From Azolla caroliniana (Eukaryota > Plantae > Polypodiophyta), in the NCBI GenBank assembly GCA_043228905.1, contig JBHGNT010000014.1, positions 2,418,001 through 2,482,000 of the forward strand: a stretch of DNA of 64,000 bases. The letters are read 5' to 3'. Shown one piece after another: positions 36,151 to 48,471 of the stretch. Under the pieces are notes generated by a model that saw nothing but the letters and a program-made list of their open reading frames with translations, had not been told where the DNA came from and searched no databases. Each line of letters opens with the position of its first letter. Position 1 is the first letter of the stretch. A program made the position numbers and the translations under genes.

Positions 36151-37110
36151 TCTAAAGGGTTTGAATCTATTGCTCCTAAGGCCAATGGCAGTGTGGAAAC
36201 TATTGATGTTGTTGCGTATTTAGAGGGCCACATCTTGAAAGTAGATGTAGCAACTGACACAAATGATCTGGTCACGCAAGTTGATCAAGCATGTTGCATA
36301 GATGATCTGATTTTGCAAGTAGATGCAACATGTGATACCAATGGGCTGATATCGATCAGTTCAGTATCTACATACACCGAGCTAATGACTAAGTGGACAA
36401 TACAAGAGCACTAGGATGTGAAGCCAAGCCCAACACAGTCGACCAAGGGTTTGAAGAGGAAAAGGACACCAATTGTGCCAACAGAACTTGAGTTGATTGA
36501 AATTGATCATGTGCTACCAATAATTGGTGTAACAGAGGCTCAATTACAAGAAGGGAAACCTAAACCATTAGAAGTCGAAAGAAGAGCCTTGATCTTGGAG
36601 CTTGATAAAGTCCTGATGAGTGTGCGATATATGACACCAAGGAGGGACACAAATCAATTTCTAGAGTGGGTTGTGAAAGACTTTGATTTGTTTATTTGGA
36701 GTGAAAAACCATGTACAGATGTGTGGAAGTGTGTAGAAAGATTCTTCCCGAACTGGCGACAACATTTCAAGGGTCAGTGGACATGAGAGAATTGTGAGCA
36801 AAAGGATGTTAGAAGATTCAAAAGACTTTCTGATTTTTGGGCCACTTGGCTAGATTATAATGCCGACAATACATTGATTCTGGATACAAAACATTTCCGG
36901 CATTACTTCAACATTCGCAGATGCTATCACATTCTACCTGAGGAAATGCTTGAACACTACTTGGTGAAAACAATCAGCTGCCAACTAACTGCATGGTTGT
37001 GGACTCCATACCGAGCTTGATATGCAGATCATATATGTAGAGAAGTTCCACTGACCTGCAAGAGTTTAACTATTTATAGGCGATTTGAAGACATTGCCAA
37101 TGGGATGTTA
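36151..37110 (+). pseudogene. Cargo ORF with an FCP1/NIF-like HAD phosphatase-homology domain
   Basis: LILELDKVL...R...FLEWV..FDLFIWS...W.*ENC...Y..DNTLILD follows FCP1-family motif order. The DxDxT motif is degenerate and there are internal stops. Confidence 0.55.
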
Positions 37111-37498
37111 TAAATATGTAATTTGATGACAGATTAATCAATGAAGAATTAAATTGCTTGTTTTGAGTAACTTATCTACTGTGTAATTTTAAGAGTACGT
37201 TCAGGATTACTCATTTCATGATAGTGCTTTTTCTTAAAATTATGCAAACTATTTTAACTTGTACGTGGTTCACTTGAGTACATCTGTATATCAGAAAGAA
37301 GAACCCTAAATGACATTATTAAACTGGTTTTTAAGAAAGAAGACTGTATATAAAAAAGACACGATTTTATTGAGAAAGAAGCACAAAAAGTAGACTGTAT
37401 ATATAAAAAAAAACTCTCAAATAGGTCCATTAAATTGTTTATTTGCAATACATGTGCTTTGTTTGTTTTACAAGAAAACTGGTAATTGCTACTTGTAG

Positions 37499-40400
37499 CT
37501 ACAAATTCCATGGCATACTACAGTTGTAAATACATTCATACACATTAGCACTAACTGTGTATAAACCCGAGTAGCTATTGTATTGCGACATTGGGACATT
37601 GATGCACCTGACCAAATGAGAGTACATGTACGCCACTGGTTTGTCTTCTAATAGCCTATGCACATAATCGTAATCATCTACTCTTGCATAAAAAATACCT
37701 TCGATGTAGAATGTCCCGATAGATACAACATTTCCCCAATCATCTAATATATTCTGTGTTGCACACTGTTTACTAACCTTGCACTTCAATATATAGAAAT
37801 CAACACCCTCTGAATTGCCTTCTTCTGCATTTACAACGAAATTATCCCCAACATTTAAGACATCACGCAGAGTATCTCCACATCCTTGATATGTGAAGTC
37901 AACATTCTTTTCTATTTCTCCATCAACTGCTTCCTTATCGTCCAATGTATGATACTCCCAATTCTGAATATATGCTTTGTTTAAACAATACCTCTAATTT
38001 CCTTGCACACAATGGAAGCAAAAACAAGTTAATTCTCTAACCGCAATACAATTATCATCCAACCTAGAATAACCGTGAACAACATGGAGAGATCACATTC
38101 GGGAATTCCTTGGCACTCCTAGGTCTTCTCCCTATTTGCTTAATCTATCTTCACTTCCCAAAATTCACGTTTGATATCTCAGACCTGTGAGGAATAAACA
38201 CTAGTTGCACTTGTTGACATATTAGCTCTTAAAAATTCAACTACATGTACTACACAATTCATTTGCACACCATTTGCCTTTAGTTGTTCATGGGTAAGTA
38301 CCCTCTTTATAACATCACATGCACCATCATGTTCGCCTTTACCGTGGCCATACCCAAAAAAATTCCATCTCATCTCCAAACCTGTTATGGCAGGACACCT
38401 CCCCACAAAATAAAATGGACCTCTAGCCTTGAATTGTGACGCAACTCCATTAGACCAGACCCAATGTTGAGTAAGCTCCAAATGTTTAGCTAATAACCAT
38501 TGCCAATGTAAGTTAAAACAATGTTGGATGAACAAGGTATCATGCTTCTTATCATCAGAAATAAAAAAATGAATTACTTTTTTAACATCACCTGAAACTT
38601 GAAAATATGTTATGTGCACAAAAATGGTTACCTGTGCTGAACACCAATGCATAGATTGAATTTCATTCTGCTGCTTAAAAGTATAATTCTCTACGAAATC
38701 TACTACTGAGACTACTACATCATTTGGAAAATCAGATATGCAAGTTTCTCTCGGACACAATACTAAATCTAAAAGACAACTCGTGGAAGAGATAACATGC
38801 TCAGATGATTTACAGTGCTCTTGCTGGCTCCATCGACAAATTCGGCACTCACAAGTGCAAACTGCATTAGTTAGGGAGGCGCTATGGTGTGTCGTGACGT
38901 AGTAGATTAACAGAGTCCTTTAGAAAACCCATTTGTACATGGTAAATGCAACAACATGTGTATCGATCCTTCAAACGTCTCACAAAGTGTGGCTTAAGAG
39001 ACTCGAATGTTCGTAGTTGAATTTTGATATTTGGATGCATTCACCTGAACCTAATAAAAAAATCGACATGCGTAATGAAATGGACATACTGATTAGCTGA
39101 TTGGTTATGCTCCAAACCTGTTATAGCAGCTAATAAGCTATTTTGGTAATAGCAGCTAATAAGCTATTCCAGTAGCTAATTAACTATCGTAGTAGCTAAT
39201 TAGCTGGTAATAACTAAATTAGCTATTGGGAATAGCTAGTTAGCTAATCTGGTACCTAATTAGCTATAGTCATAGGCAACTAATTAGCTATTATGGTAGC
39301 TAAATAGCTATGATTTGTAGCTAATTAGCTATTCTGGTTGCTAATTAGCTATCCTCGCAGTTAAATAGCTGATAATAGCTAAATTAGCTGGTAATAACTA
39401 ATTAGCTTCTAGATTAGCTAACTAGTTATTCGCAATAGCTAATTTAGCTATAATCATAAGCAACTAATTAGCTATTCTAGTAGCTAAATAGCTATGATTG
39501 GTAGCTAATTAGCTATTCTGGTAGCTAATTAACTATCCTAGTAACTAATTAGCTGGTAATAGCTAAATTAGCTATTGCGAATAGCTAGTTGGCTAATCTG
39601 GTAGCTAAATTAGCTATTGCGAATAACTAGTTAGCTAATCTGGTAGCTATTTAGCTATAGTCATATGCGGCTAATTAGCTAGTTAGCTATTCTGGTAGCA
39701 AATTAACTAGTCATACACAACTAATTAGGTATTCTAGTAGCCAAATAACTATGTTCATATTTTTAAGTAGCTAATTAGCTATTATGGTAGCTAATTAGCT
39801 ATAGTCATAGGCAACTAATTAGCTATTATGGTAGTTAAATAGCTATTATTGGTAGCTAATTAGCTATTCTGGTTACTAATTAGCTATCCTCGCAGTTAAA
39901 TAGCTGGTAATAGCTAAATTAGCTGGTAATAACTAATTAGCTACTAGATTAGCTAACTAGTTATTCCCAATAGCTAATTTAGATATAATCATAGGCAACT
40001 AATTAGCTATTTTGGTAGCTAAATAGCTATCATTGGTACCTAATTAGTTATTGTGGTAGCTAATTAGCTATCCTAGCAACTAATTAGCTGGTAATAGCTA
40101 AATTAGTTATTGCAAATAGCTAGTTAGCTAATCTGGTAGCTAATTAGCTGTGGTTATATGCAACTAATTAGCTAGTTAGCTAGTTAGCTATTCTGGTAGC
40201 TAATTAACTAGTCATACACAACTAATTAAGTATTCTGGCAGCTAAATAACTATGATCATATTTTTAGGTAGCTAATTAGCTATTCTGGTAGCTAATTGGC
40301 TATAGTCATAGGCATCTAATAAGCTATTATGGTAGCTAAATAGCTATGATTGGTAGCTAATTAGCTATCCTGGCAGTTACATAGCGGGTAATAGCTAAAT

Positions 40401-41952
40401 TAGTTGGTAATAACTAATTAGCTATTGGGAATAATTAGTTAGTTATTCTAGTATCTAATTAGCTATAATCATATGCAACTAATTAGCTATTCTGGTAGCT
40501 AATTAGCTATCCTAGCAACTAATTAGTTGGTAATACCTAAATTAGCTATTGGGATAGCTAGTTAGCTAATCTGGTAGCTAATTAGCTATAGTCGTATGTA
40601 GCTAATTAGCTAGTTAGCTATTCTTGTAGCTAATTAGCTAGTCATACACAGCTAATTAGCTATTCTGGTAGCTAATTAGCTATGCTCATATTCTTAGGTA
40701 GCTAATTAGCTATCCTAGCAGTTAAGTAGCTGGTAATAACTAAATTAGCTATTAGGAATAGCTAGTTAGCTATTATGGTAGTTAATTAGCTAGTCATACA
40801 CAATTTATTAGCAATTCTGGTAGCTAAATAGCTATGCTCATATTCTTAGGTAGCTAATTAGCTATTCTAGTAGGGCATTAGATATTTTGGTAGCTAATTA
40901 GCTATAGTCATATGTAGCTAATTAGCTAGTCTAGTAGGTAATTAACTATTGTCATAGGTAGCTAATTAGCTATTGTGGTAGCTAAATAGCTATGATTGGT
41001 AGCTAATTAGCTATTCTGGTAGCTAAATAGCTATGTTCGATATTCTTAGGTAGCTAATTAACTATTCTGGTAGCGAATTGGCAATTGTTATTAAGCTATT
41101 ACTAGTACCTAGTTAGCTATGGTCATATTCTGAGGTAGCTAATTAGCTATTACTGGTAACTAGTTAACTATGGTCATATTTTGAGGGAGCTAATTAGCTA
41201 TTCTAGTAGCTAATTAGCTATTACTGGTAGCTAGTTTGCTATGGTCATATTTTGAGGTAGGTAATTAGCTATTCTAGTATGGTCATATTCGGAGGTAGCT
41301 AATAAGTTAACTAAGTAAGCTCAAAAGTCAAAGCAAATGTTGAGATAAATGTAAATACCTGAGGTACATCAAGAAGATGAATGGGATGCTCCTTGTATTG
41401 ACTCCTTCCAACACGTTTCTTGCATAAATCCTTCTTATTGGGTGAAACCCTACTCTCATTAGTCCAAAATATTGTGATTATATCCTTGATTTCTGATGTT
41501 ATGGGTGTCATTGGCTTACATCTTGTTGTTAGCGTTAGTAGACTAGTTCCTTCACCCGAGGAAACTATCCGGTTCAATGTATTGTACACACTTTTTCTAC
41601 TAACACCAATTACCTTAAATAACACATTGATGTTAATATCGTCAACATCACTATTAAGTAACATCATTAGACTAGACCTTTTTAAGACAAGATCATCTTC
41701 TAACCTGCTTATGGATACGAAACTATTACGGAGATTATTTACTAGTACAAATGTTACAAACAGTTTTGGCAATCTAGGACCGAACAATGGTGGTAACTGA
41801 GTGTAGAATGATGGCAATGGAGGAGTGAATTCCGTTGCATCGAACAATGGTAGATGATGCTTTGAACGTATAGTGACGACAACTAAGAGTAGAATGAGAG
41901 CAGTGGAGAAGGAGTGAACTCCTTCGGATCGGAAAGTGGTAGTAATACACAA
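37499..41952 (-). pseudogene. Sola2-like DDD transposase, spliced and disrupted
   Basis: HPNIKI...F..LKP.FV...TCCCIYH (~38935-39040); DFVENY...Q.EIQSMHW...QVT; SDD..HD; WSNG.ASQFK; FF..GHGKGEHDG...IKR. Donor site at 41358. Confidence 0.75.
39120..41310. repeat. 2.2-kb palindromic TAGCTAATTAGCTA satellite inside a transposase intron
   Basis: Dense repeated palindromes between the GT donor at 41358 and acceptor-like sites near 39050-39118 (minus strand). Confidence 0.9.
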
Positions 41953-42395
41953 CCAAACATCAGTGGCAATTGAGTGTAGAATGATGGCAATGGATGAGTG
42001 AACTCCATCAAATCGAAAAGTGGCAGCAATCCAAGACCGAACAATAGTGGCAACTAAGTGTAGAATGATGGCATTGGAGGAGTGAACTCCGTCAGATCGA
42101 ACAGTGGTAGATGATGCTTGGAACGCACACTGACGACAACTAAGAGTAGAATGACGACAATGGAGAAAGAGTTAACTCCGTCGGATAAAAAAGTGGCAGC
42201 AATATACGACCTTCACAGTAACGACAACTGAGTGTAGAGTGGCGACAATGGAGGAGTGAACTTGACACTTGATGCTTGGACTAAATAATGGTGGCAATGG
42301 ACGAGTGAACTCCGTCGGATCGAACAGTGGCAGATGATACTTGGATCGCATAGTGCCGGTAACTCAGTGTCAAATGGTGGCAATGGAGTAGTGGA
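41795..42395. repeat. 84-88 bp minisatellite (~7 units, ~257 bp trimer periodicity) at the transposase 5' end
   Basis: AACT(G/A)AG.GTAGAATGA..GCAATGGAGGAGTGAACTCC units at 41795, 41881, 41968, 42052, 42138, 42226 and ~42361. Confidence 0.8.
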
Positions 42396-43619
42396 CGCAA
42401 TAAGGTTTAGAAATAGTGGTAGTAATATAAGCCAAACTACTCAACCAGAGATAGCCCACGTGATGTGGCAATGGATCATGCATAATGAACCTAGGAATTC
42501 GGTATATAATTTGTGGTGCACATATCAATTTATGTTGCACATTTATGGTATTCATTACGACTAAACTTTTTATCAAGTCATGTTGCACATCCCTTTGAGA
42601 TTCCATTTGAGACTACATTTATATATCACTAACATAATAACATTTATGGAGGTTCTGCAGTCTAGTGGTTAGGACATTGGACTTTGAATCCAAGAGCTTG
42701 AGTTCGAATCTCGATGATAGGACCTCAAATGCATATAATGAGAAATGAAGTCCTATACATTGGAATTTGAATCCAAGAGCTTGAGTTCGAATGTGCATAA
42801 AACCTCGATTGCCTATAAAAAGTAATGAGCTTTAATCATGAAGATATTAGAACTTAATACTTTCAACCTATGAACGTGAACGCATTGGTTTTGGAAAGAA
42901 GAGATTGAGAATTCATGCTCTTCCTCTAGCTACATAGCGCTTTATATGTCCAACACTTATCTAACTAGGAATAAACTTAATCTTGTGAGTAAAGTTATAA
43001 TCAAATCATGTTGCACATCCCTTTCAGATTCCATCCGCGACTACATTTATATACCACTAACATATTGTTATTTTAACCCAACCGGACTATGATATGTACA
43101 AAATACACAATAATGCTGGAATGATCAACGTTTATGGATGTTCTATAGTCTAGTTGTTAGGACATTGGACTTTGAATCCTAGAGCTTGAGTTTGAATCTC
43201 AATAGGACCTCAAATGGATATCATCCGAAATGAAGTTCTATACATTGAAAATTGACTCCAAGAGCTTGTGTTCAAATGTACATAAACCTCAACTGCATAT
43301 CAGAAGTAATGAGCTTTAATGATGAAAATTTTAGAACTCGGTACTTTCAAGCTATGACGTTGAATGCATTGAATTTTGAAAGAAGAGTTTCATAATTTAT
43401 TGTCTTTCTCCGACGACATAGCGCTGTATCCATCCAACACTTACTTTGGAATAAACTTCGTCTTGTGAGTAAACTTTTAATTAAATCACGTCACACATCA
43501 CTTTTGAGATTCCATTGGAGATTACATTTATATATCACTAACATATTGTTATTTTAAGCCAACCGGACTATGATATTTACAAAACACACAATAGTGCTAG
43601 AATGGTCAACATTTATGGA

Positions 43620-43691
43620 GGTTCTGTAGTCTAGTGGTTAGGACATTGGACTTTGAATCCAAGAGCTTGAGTTCGAATCTCAATAGGACCT
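43620..43691 (+). tRNA. trnQ-UUG: tRNA-Gln(TTG)-like, complete cloverleaf
   Basis: Acceptor GGTTCTG/TAGGACC; D-stem GTCT/GGAC; anticodon arm TTGGA-CTTTGAA-TCCAA; T arm TTGAG-TTCGAAT-CTCAA. Confidence 0.7.
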
Positions 43692-45870
43692 CGAATGCAT
43701 ATCATGAGAAATGAAGTCCTATACATTGGAATTTGACTCCAGGAGCTTGAGTTCGAATGTGCATAAAGCCTCGATTGCCTATAAAAAGTAATGAGCTTTA
43801 ATGATGAAGATATTAGAACTTAGTCCTTTCAACCTATGAACGTGAGCACATTGGATTTTGAAAGAAGAGATTTAGAATTCATGTTCTTCCTCTAGCTATA
43901 GAGCGCTTTAAATGTCCAACACTTATCTAACTAGGAATAAACTTAATCTTGTGAGTAAAGTTTTAATCAAATCATGTTGCACATCCCTTTGAGATTCCAT
44001 CCGCGACTACATTTATATATCACTAACATATTGTTATTTTAACAGAACCGAACTATGATATGTACAAAACACAAAATAATGTTGGAATGGTCAACGTTTA
44101 TGGAGGTTCTATAGTCTACGGGTTAGGACATTGGAATATGAATCCAAGAGCTTGAGTTCGAATCTCAATAGCACCTCGAATGGATATCATCAGAAATGAA
44201 GTCCTATACATTGAAAATTGACTCCAAGAGTTTAGAGTTCAATTGTACATAAACATCGACTGCATATCAGAAGTAATGAGCTTTAATGATGAAACTTTTA
44301 GAACTCGGTACTTTCAACCGATGACGTTGAATGGATTAGATTTTGAAAGAAGAGTATCAGAATTTATGGTCTTTCTCCGATGACATAGCGCTTATCCATC
44401 GAACACTTACCTTACTTGGAATAAATTTCGTCTTGTGAGTAAACTTTTAATTAAATCACGTCACACATCACTTTTGAGATTCCATTGGAGATTACATTTA
44501 TATATCACTAACATATTGTTATTTTAACCCAACCAGACTATGATATGTACAAAATACACGATAGTGCTGGAATGGTTAACAATTATGGAGGTTGTGTTGT
44601 CTAGTGGTGAGGACATTGAACTTTGAATCCAAGAGCTTGAGATCGAATCTCAATAGGCCTTCGAATGCATATCATGAGAAATGAAGTCCAATAAATTGGA
44701 ATTGGACTCCAAAAGCTTGAGTTCGAATGTGCATAAAACCTCAACTGCATATCAAAAGTAATGAGCTTTAGTGTTGAAGATTTTATATATTAGTAGTTTC
44801 AACCTATGAACTTGAAGGCATTGGATTTTGAAAGAAGAGATTGAGAATTCATGCTCTTCCTCCAACTACATACCGTGTTATATGTCCAACACTTACATAC
44901 CTAGGAATAAACTTAATCTTGTGAGTAAAGTTTTAATGAAATCATGTTGCACATCCCTTTGAGATTCTATCTGAGACTACATTTATATATCACTAACATA
45001 TTGTTATTTTAACCCAACCAGACTATGATATGTACAAAATACACAATAATGCTGAATGTCTACGATTATGGAGGTTCTATACTCTAGTGGTTAGGACATT
45101 GGACTTTGAATCCAAGAGCTTGAGTTCGAATCTTAATAGGACCTCGAATGGATATCATGAGAAATGAAGTTCTATACATTGAAAATTGACTCCAAGAGCT
45201 TGATTTCTAATGTACATAAACCTCGATTGCATATCAGAAGTAATGAGCTTTAATGATGAAAATTTTAGAACTCGGTACTTTCAACCTATGACGTTGAATG
45301 CATTGGATTTTGAAACAAGAGTTTCAGAGTTTATGGTCTTTTTCCGACGACATAGTGCTTTATCCATCGAACACTTACCTTGGAACAAACTTTGTCTTGT
45401 GAATAAACTTTTTATTAAATCACGTCACACATCACTTTTGAGATTCCATTGGAGATTACATTTATATATGACTAACATATTGTTATTTTAATCCAACTGG
45501 ACTATCATATGTACAAAACACACAATAATGATGGAATGGTCAACGTTTATGGAGGTTCTATAGTCTAGTGGTTAGGACATTGGACATTGAATCGAAGAGC
45601 TTTATTTCGAATCTCAATAGGGCCTCGAATGGATATAGTGAGAAATTAGAAATTAGAAATTCTATATATTGGAAATTGACTTCAAGAGCTTGAGCTCAAA
45701 TGGACATAAACCTCGACTACATATCAGAAGTAATGAGCTGTAATGATGAAAAGTTTAGAACTCGGTACTTTCAACCTATGATGTTGAATGCATCGGATTT
45801 TAAAAGAAGAGTTTCAAAATTTATTGTCTTTCTCCGACGACATAGCGCTTTATTCATCCAACACTTACCT

Positions 45871-46312
45871 TTTTTTTTCTTTTTTTTTATACTACTTTAG
45901 TATTTTTTTATCTTTGGCTTGCCCAAAGGCTATACCTCACTCGAAGTCATGTTTTATTAGCAGTTCATAGTCCATCGGGGTGTACCGAATGGTACGAGTG
46001 AGATACATGCACAGGATGACCTCTAGGATATGATAAGACTCGCAACACGCTCCATCATGCAACTTGTAGATAGGCTACATTTTACCTTCGTCATCGTCGA
46101 AACCGTCATTGTTGCCACCGTCACCATCTTCGTCGTCATCACTTACGGGCACAAACCGCCCTTCAATGTCACCATTTTGCGTCCTCGCCACTATCTTTGT
46201 CGTCATCACTTACGGGTACAAACCGCCCTTTTTAGGTACCACATGTATGTTGGTGCGGGGAGACTCGAACCTTCAACCTAGCGGTTGGAGTGTCCCCCCA
46301 TTACCATTACAC
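45871..46312 (-). mobile_element. tRNA-derived SINE with poly(A) tail and TSD
   Basis: Minus-strand head (TG)GTGTAATGG...GGTTCGAGTCTCCCCGCACCA; T-run at ~45871-45890. Flanking direct repeat CATCCAACACTTACCT at 45855-45870 and 46313-46328. Confidence 0.85.
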
Positions 46313-46505
46313 CATCCAACACTTACCTTACTTGGAATAAACTTCGTCTTGTGAGTAAACTTTTAATTAAATCACATCACACATCAATTTTGAGATTCCA
46401 TTGGATATTACATTTATATATCACAAACATATTGTTATTTTAAGCCAACCCGACTATGATATTTACAAAACACACAATAGTGTTAGAATGGTCAACATTT
46501 ATGGA

Positions 46506-46577
46506 GGTTCTGTAGTCTAGTGGTTAGGACATTGGACTTTGAATCCAAGAGCTTGAGTTCGAATCTCAATAGGACCT
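46506..46577 (+). tRNA. trnQ-UUG: tRNA-Gln(TTG)-like, complete cloverleaf
   Basis: Identical to the copy at 43620. Confidence 0.7.
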
Positions 46578-46604
46578 CGAATGCATATCATGAGAAATGA
46601 AGTC

Positions 46605-46878
46605 CTTGCACCACGTTCCATCATGCAACTTGTAGATAGGCTACATTATACCTTCTTTACCGTCGAAACCGTCATTGTTGTCACTGTCACCATCTTCATC
46701 CTCGTCACTTACGGGCACAAACCGCCCTTCATTGTCACCATTTTGTGTCCTCGCCACTATCTTTGTCGTCATCACTTACGGGCACAAATCACCCTTTTTA
46801 GGTAACACATGTATGTTGGTGCGGGGAGACTCGAACCTTCAACCTAGCGGTTGGAGTGTCCCCCCATTACCATTACAC
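46605..46878 (-). mobile_element. Partial duplicate of the SINE (head and body, no tail)
   Basis: Repeats ~46040-46312 together with the same downstream array flank. Confidence 0.8.
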
Positions 46879-47075
46879 CATCCAACACTTACCTTACTTG
46901 GAAGTAATAAACTTCATCTTGTGAGTAAATTTTTAATTAAATCACGTCACACATCACTTTTGAGATTCCATTGGAGATTACATTTATATATCACAAACAT
47001 ATTGTTATTTTAAGCCAACCGGACTATGATATTTACAAAACACACAATAGTGCTAGAATGGTCAACATTTATGGA

Positions 47076-47147
47076 GGTTCTGTAGTCTAGTGGTTAGGAC
47101 ATTGGACTTTGAATCCAAGAGCTTGAGTTCGAATCTCAATGGGACCT
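47076..47147 (+). tRNA. trnQ-UUG: tRNA-Gln(TTG)-like
   Basis: Full cloverleaf; acceptor GGTTCTG/TGGGACC contains several G-U pairs. Confidence 0.6.
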
Positions 47148-47557
47148 CGAATGCATATCATGAGAAATGAAGTCCTATACATTGGAATTTGACTCCAAGA
47201 GCTTGAGTTCGAATGTGCATAAAACCTCGATTGCCTATAAAAAGTAATGAGCTTTAATGATGAAGATATTAGAACTTAGTACTTTCAACCTATGAACGTG
47301 AACCCATTGGATTTTGAAAAAAGAGATTGAGAATTCATGCTCTTCCTCTAGCTACAGAGCGCTTTAAATGTCCAACACTTATCTAACTAGGAATAAACTC
47401 TATCTTGTGAGTAAATTTTAATCAAATCATGTTGCACATCCCTTTGAGATTCCATCTGCAACTACATTTATATATTACTAACATATTGTTTTAAACCCAC
47501 GTGGACTATGATATGTACAAAACAAACAATAATGTTGGCATGGTCAACGTTTATAGA

Positions 47558-47629
47558 GGTTCTATAGTCTAGTGGTTAGGACATTGGACTTTGAATCCAA
47601 GAGCTTGAGTTCGAATCTCAATAGAACCT
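47558..47629 (+). tRNA. trnQ-UUG: tRNA-Gln(TTG)-like, Watson-Crick acceptor stem
   Basis: Acceptor GGTTCTA/TAGAACC with intact D, anticodon and T arms; 72 nt. Confidence 0.75.
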
Positions 47630-48399
47630 TGAATCCATATCATGAGAAATGAAGTGCTATACATTAGAAATTGACTCCAAGAGTTTGAGTTTGAATTTAC
47701 ATAAAACAACGACTACATATCAAAAGTAATCAACCTTTAGAACTTTCTACATTCAAACTAAGAAGTTGAATGAATTGGATTTTGAGACAAGAGTTTGACA
47801 ATTCGTGGTGTTTCGCTAGCTATATAGCACATTACATACTCTTATTTTAAGCCAATCAGACTTTGATATATACAAGACACACACTAATGCTGGAATGGTC
47901 AACGTTTATGAACATTCTATAGTCTAGTGGTTAGGACGTTGGACTTTGAATCCAAGAGTTCAAGAGAACGAATCTCAATAGGACCGTGAATGGATGTCAT
48001 GAGAAATGAAATTCTATACATTGGAAATTGACTACAAGAGCTTGAGTTCTAATGTGCATAAAACCTCGACTGCATATCAAAAGTAAAGAGTTTTAATGAT
48101 GAAAATATTAGAACTTAGTACTTTTAACCTATGAATGTGAAGGCATTGGATTTTGAAAGAAGAGATTGAGAATTCATGCTCTTCCTCCAACTACATACCG
48201 CGTTCTATGTCCAACACTTACATACCTAGAAATAAACTTAATCTTGTAGGTAAAGTTTTAATCAAATCATGTTGCATATCCCTTTGAAATTCCATCCACG
48301 ACGACATTTATATATCACTAACATATTGTTATTTTAAACCAACCGGATTATGATATGTACAAAACACACAATAATGCTAGAATGGTCAACGATTATGGA

Positions 48400-48471
48400 G
48401 GTTCTATAGTCTAGTGGTTAGGACATTGGACTTTGAATTCAAGAGCTTGAGTTCGAATCTCAATAGGACCT
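48400..48471 (+). tRNA. trnQ-UUG: tRNA-Gln(TTG)-like
   Basis: Full cloverleaf with one G-U pair in the anticodon stem (TTGGA/TTCAA). Confidence 0.6.

Larger units (their letters stand above)
26736..42500. mobile_element. Large decayed Sola2-like DNA transposon with convergent cargo genes
   Basis: GAGGG start at the junction with the copia remnant, TAGCTAATTAGCT motifs, and a minus-strand Sola2-type transposase. The right terminus was not found. Confidence 0.55.
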
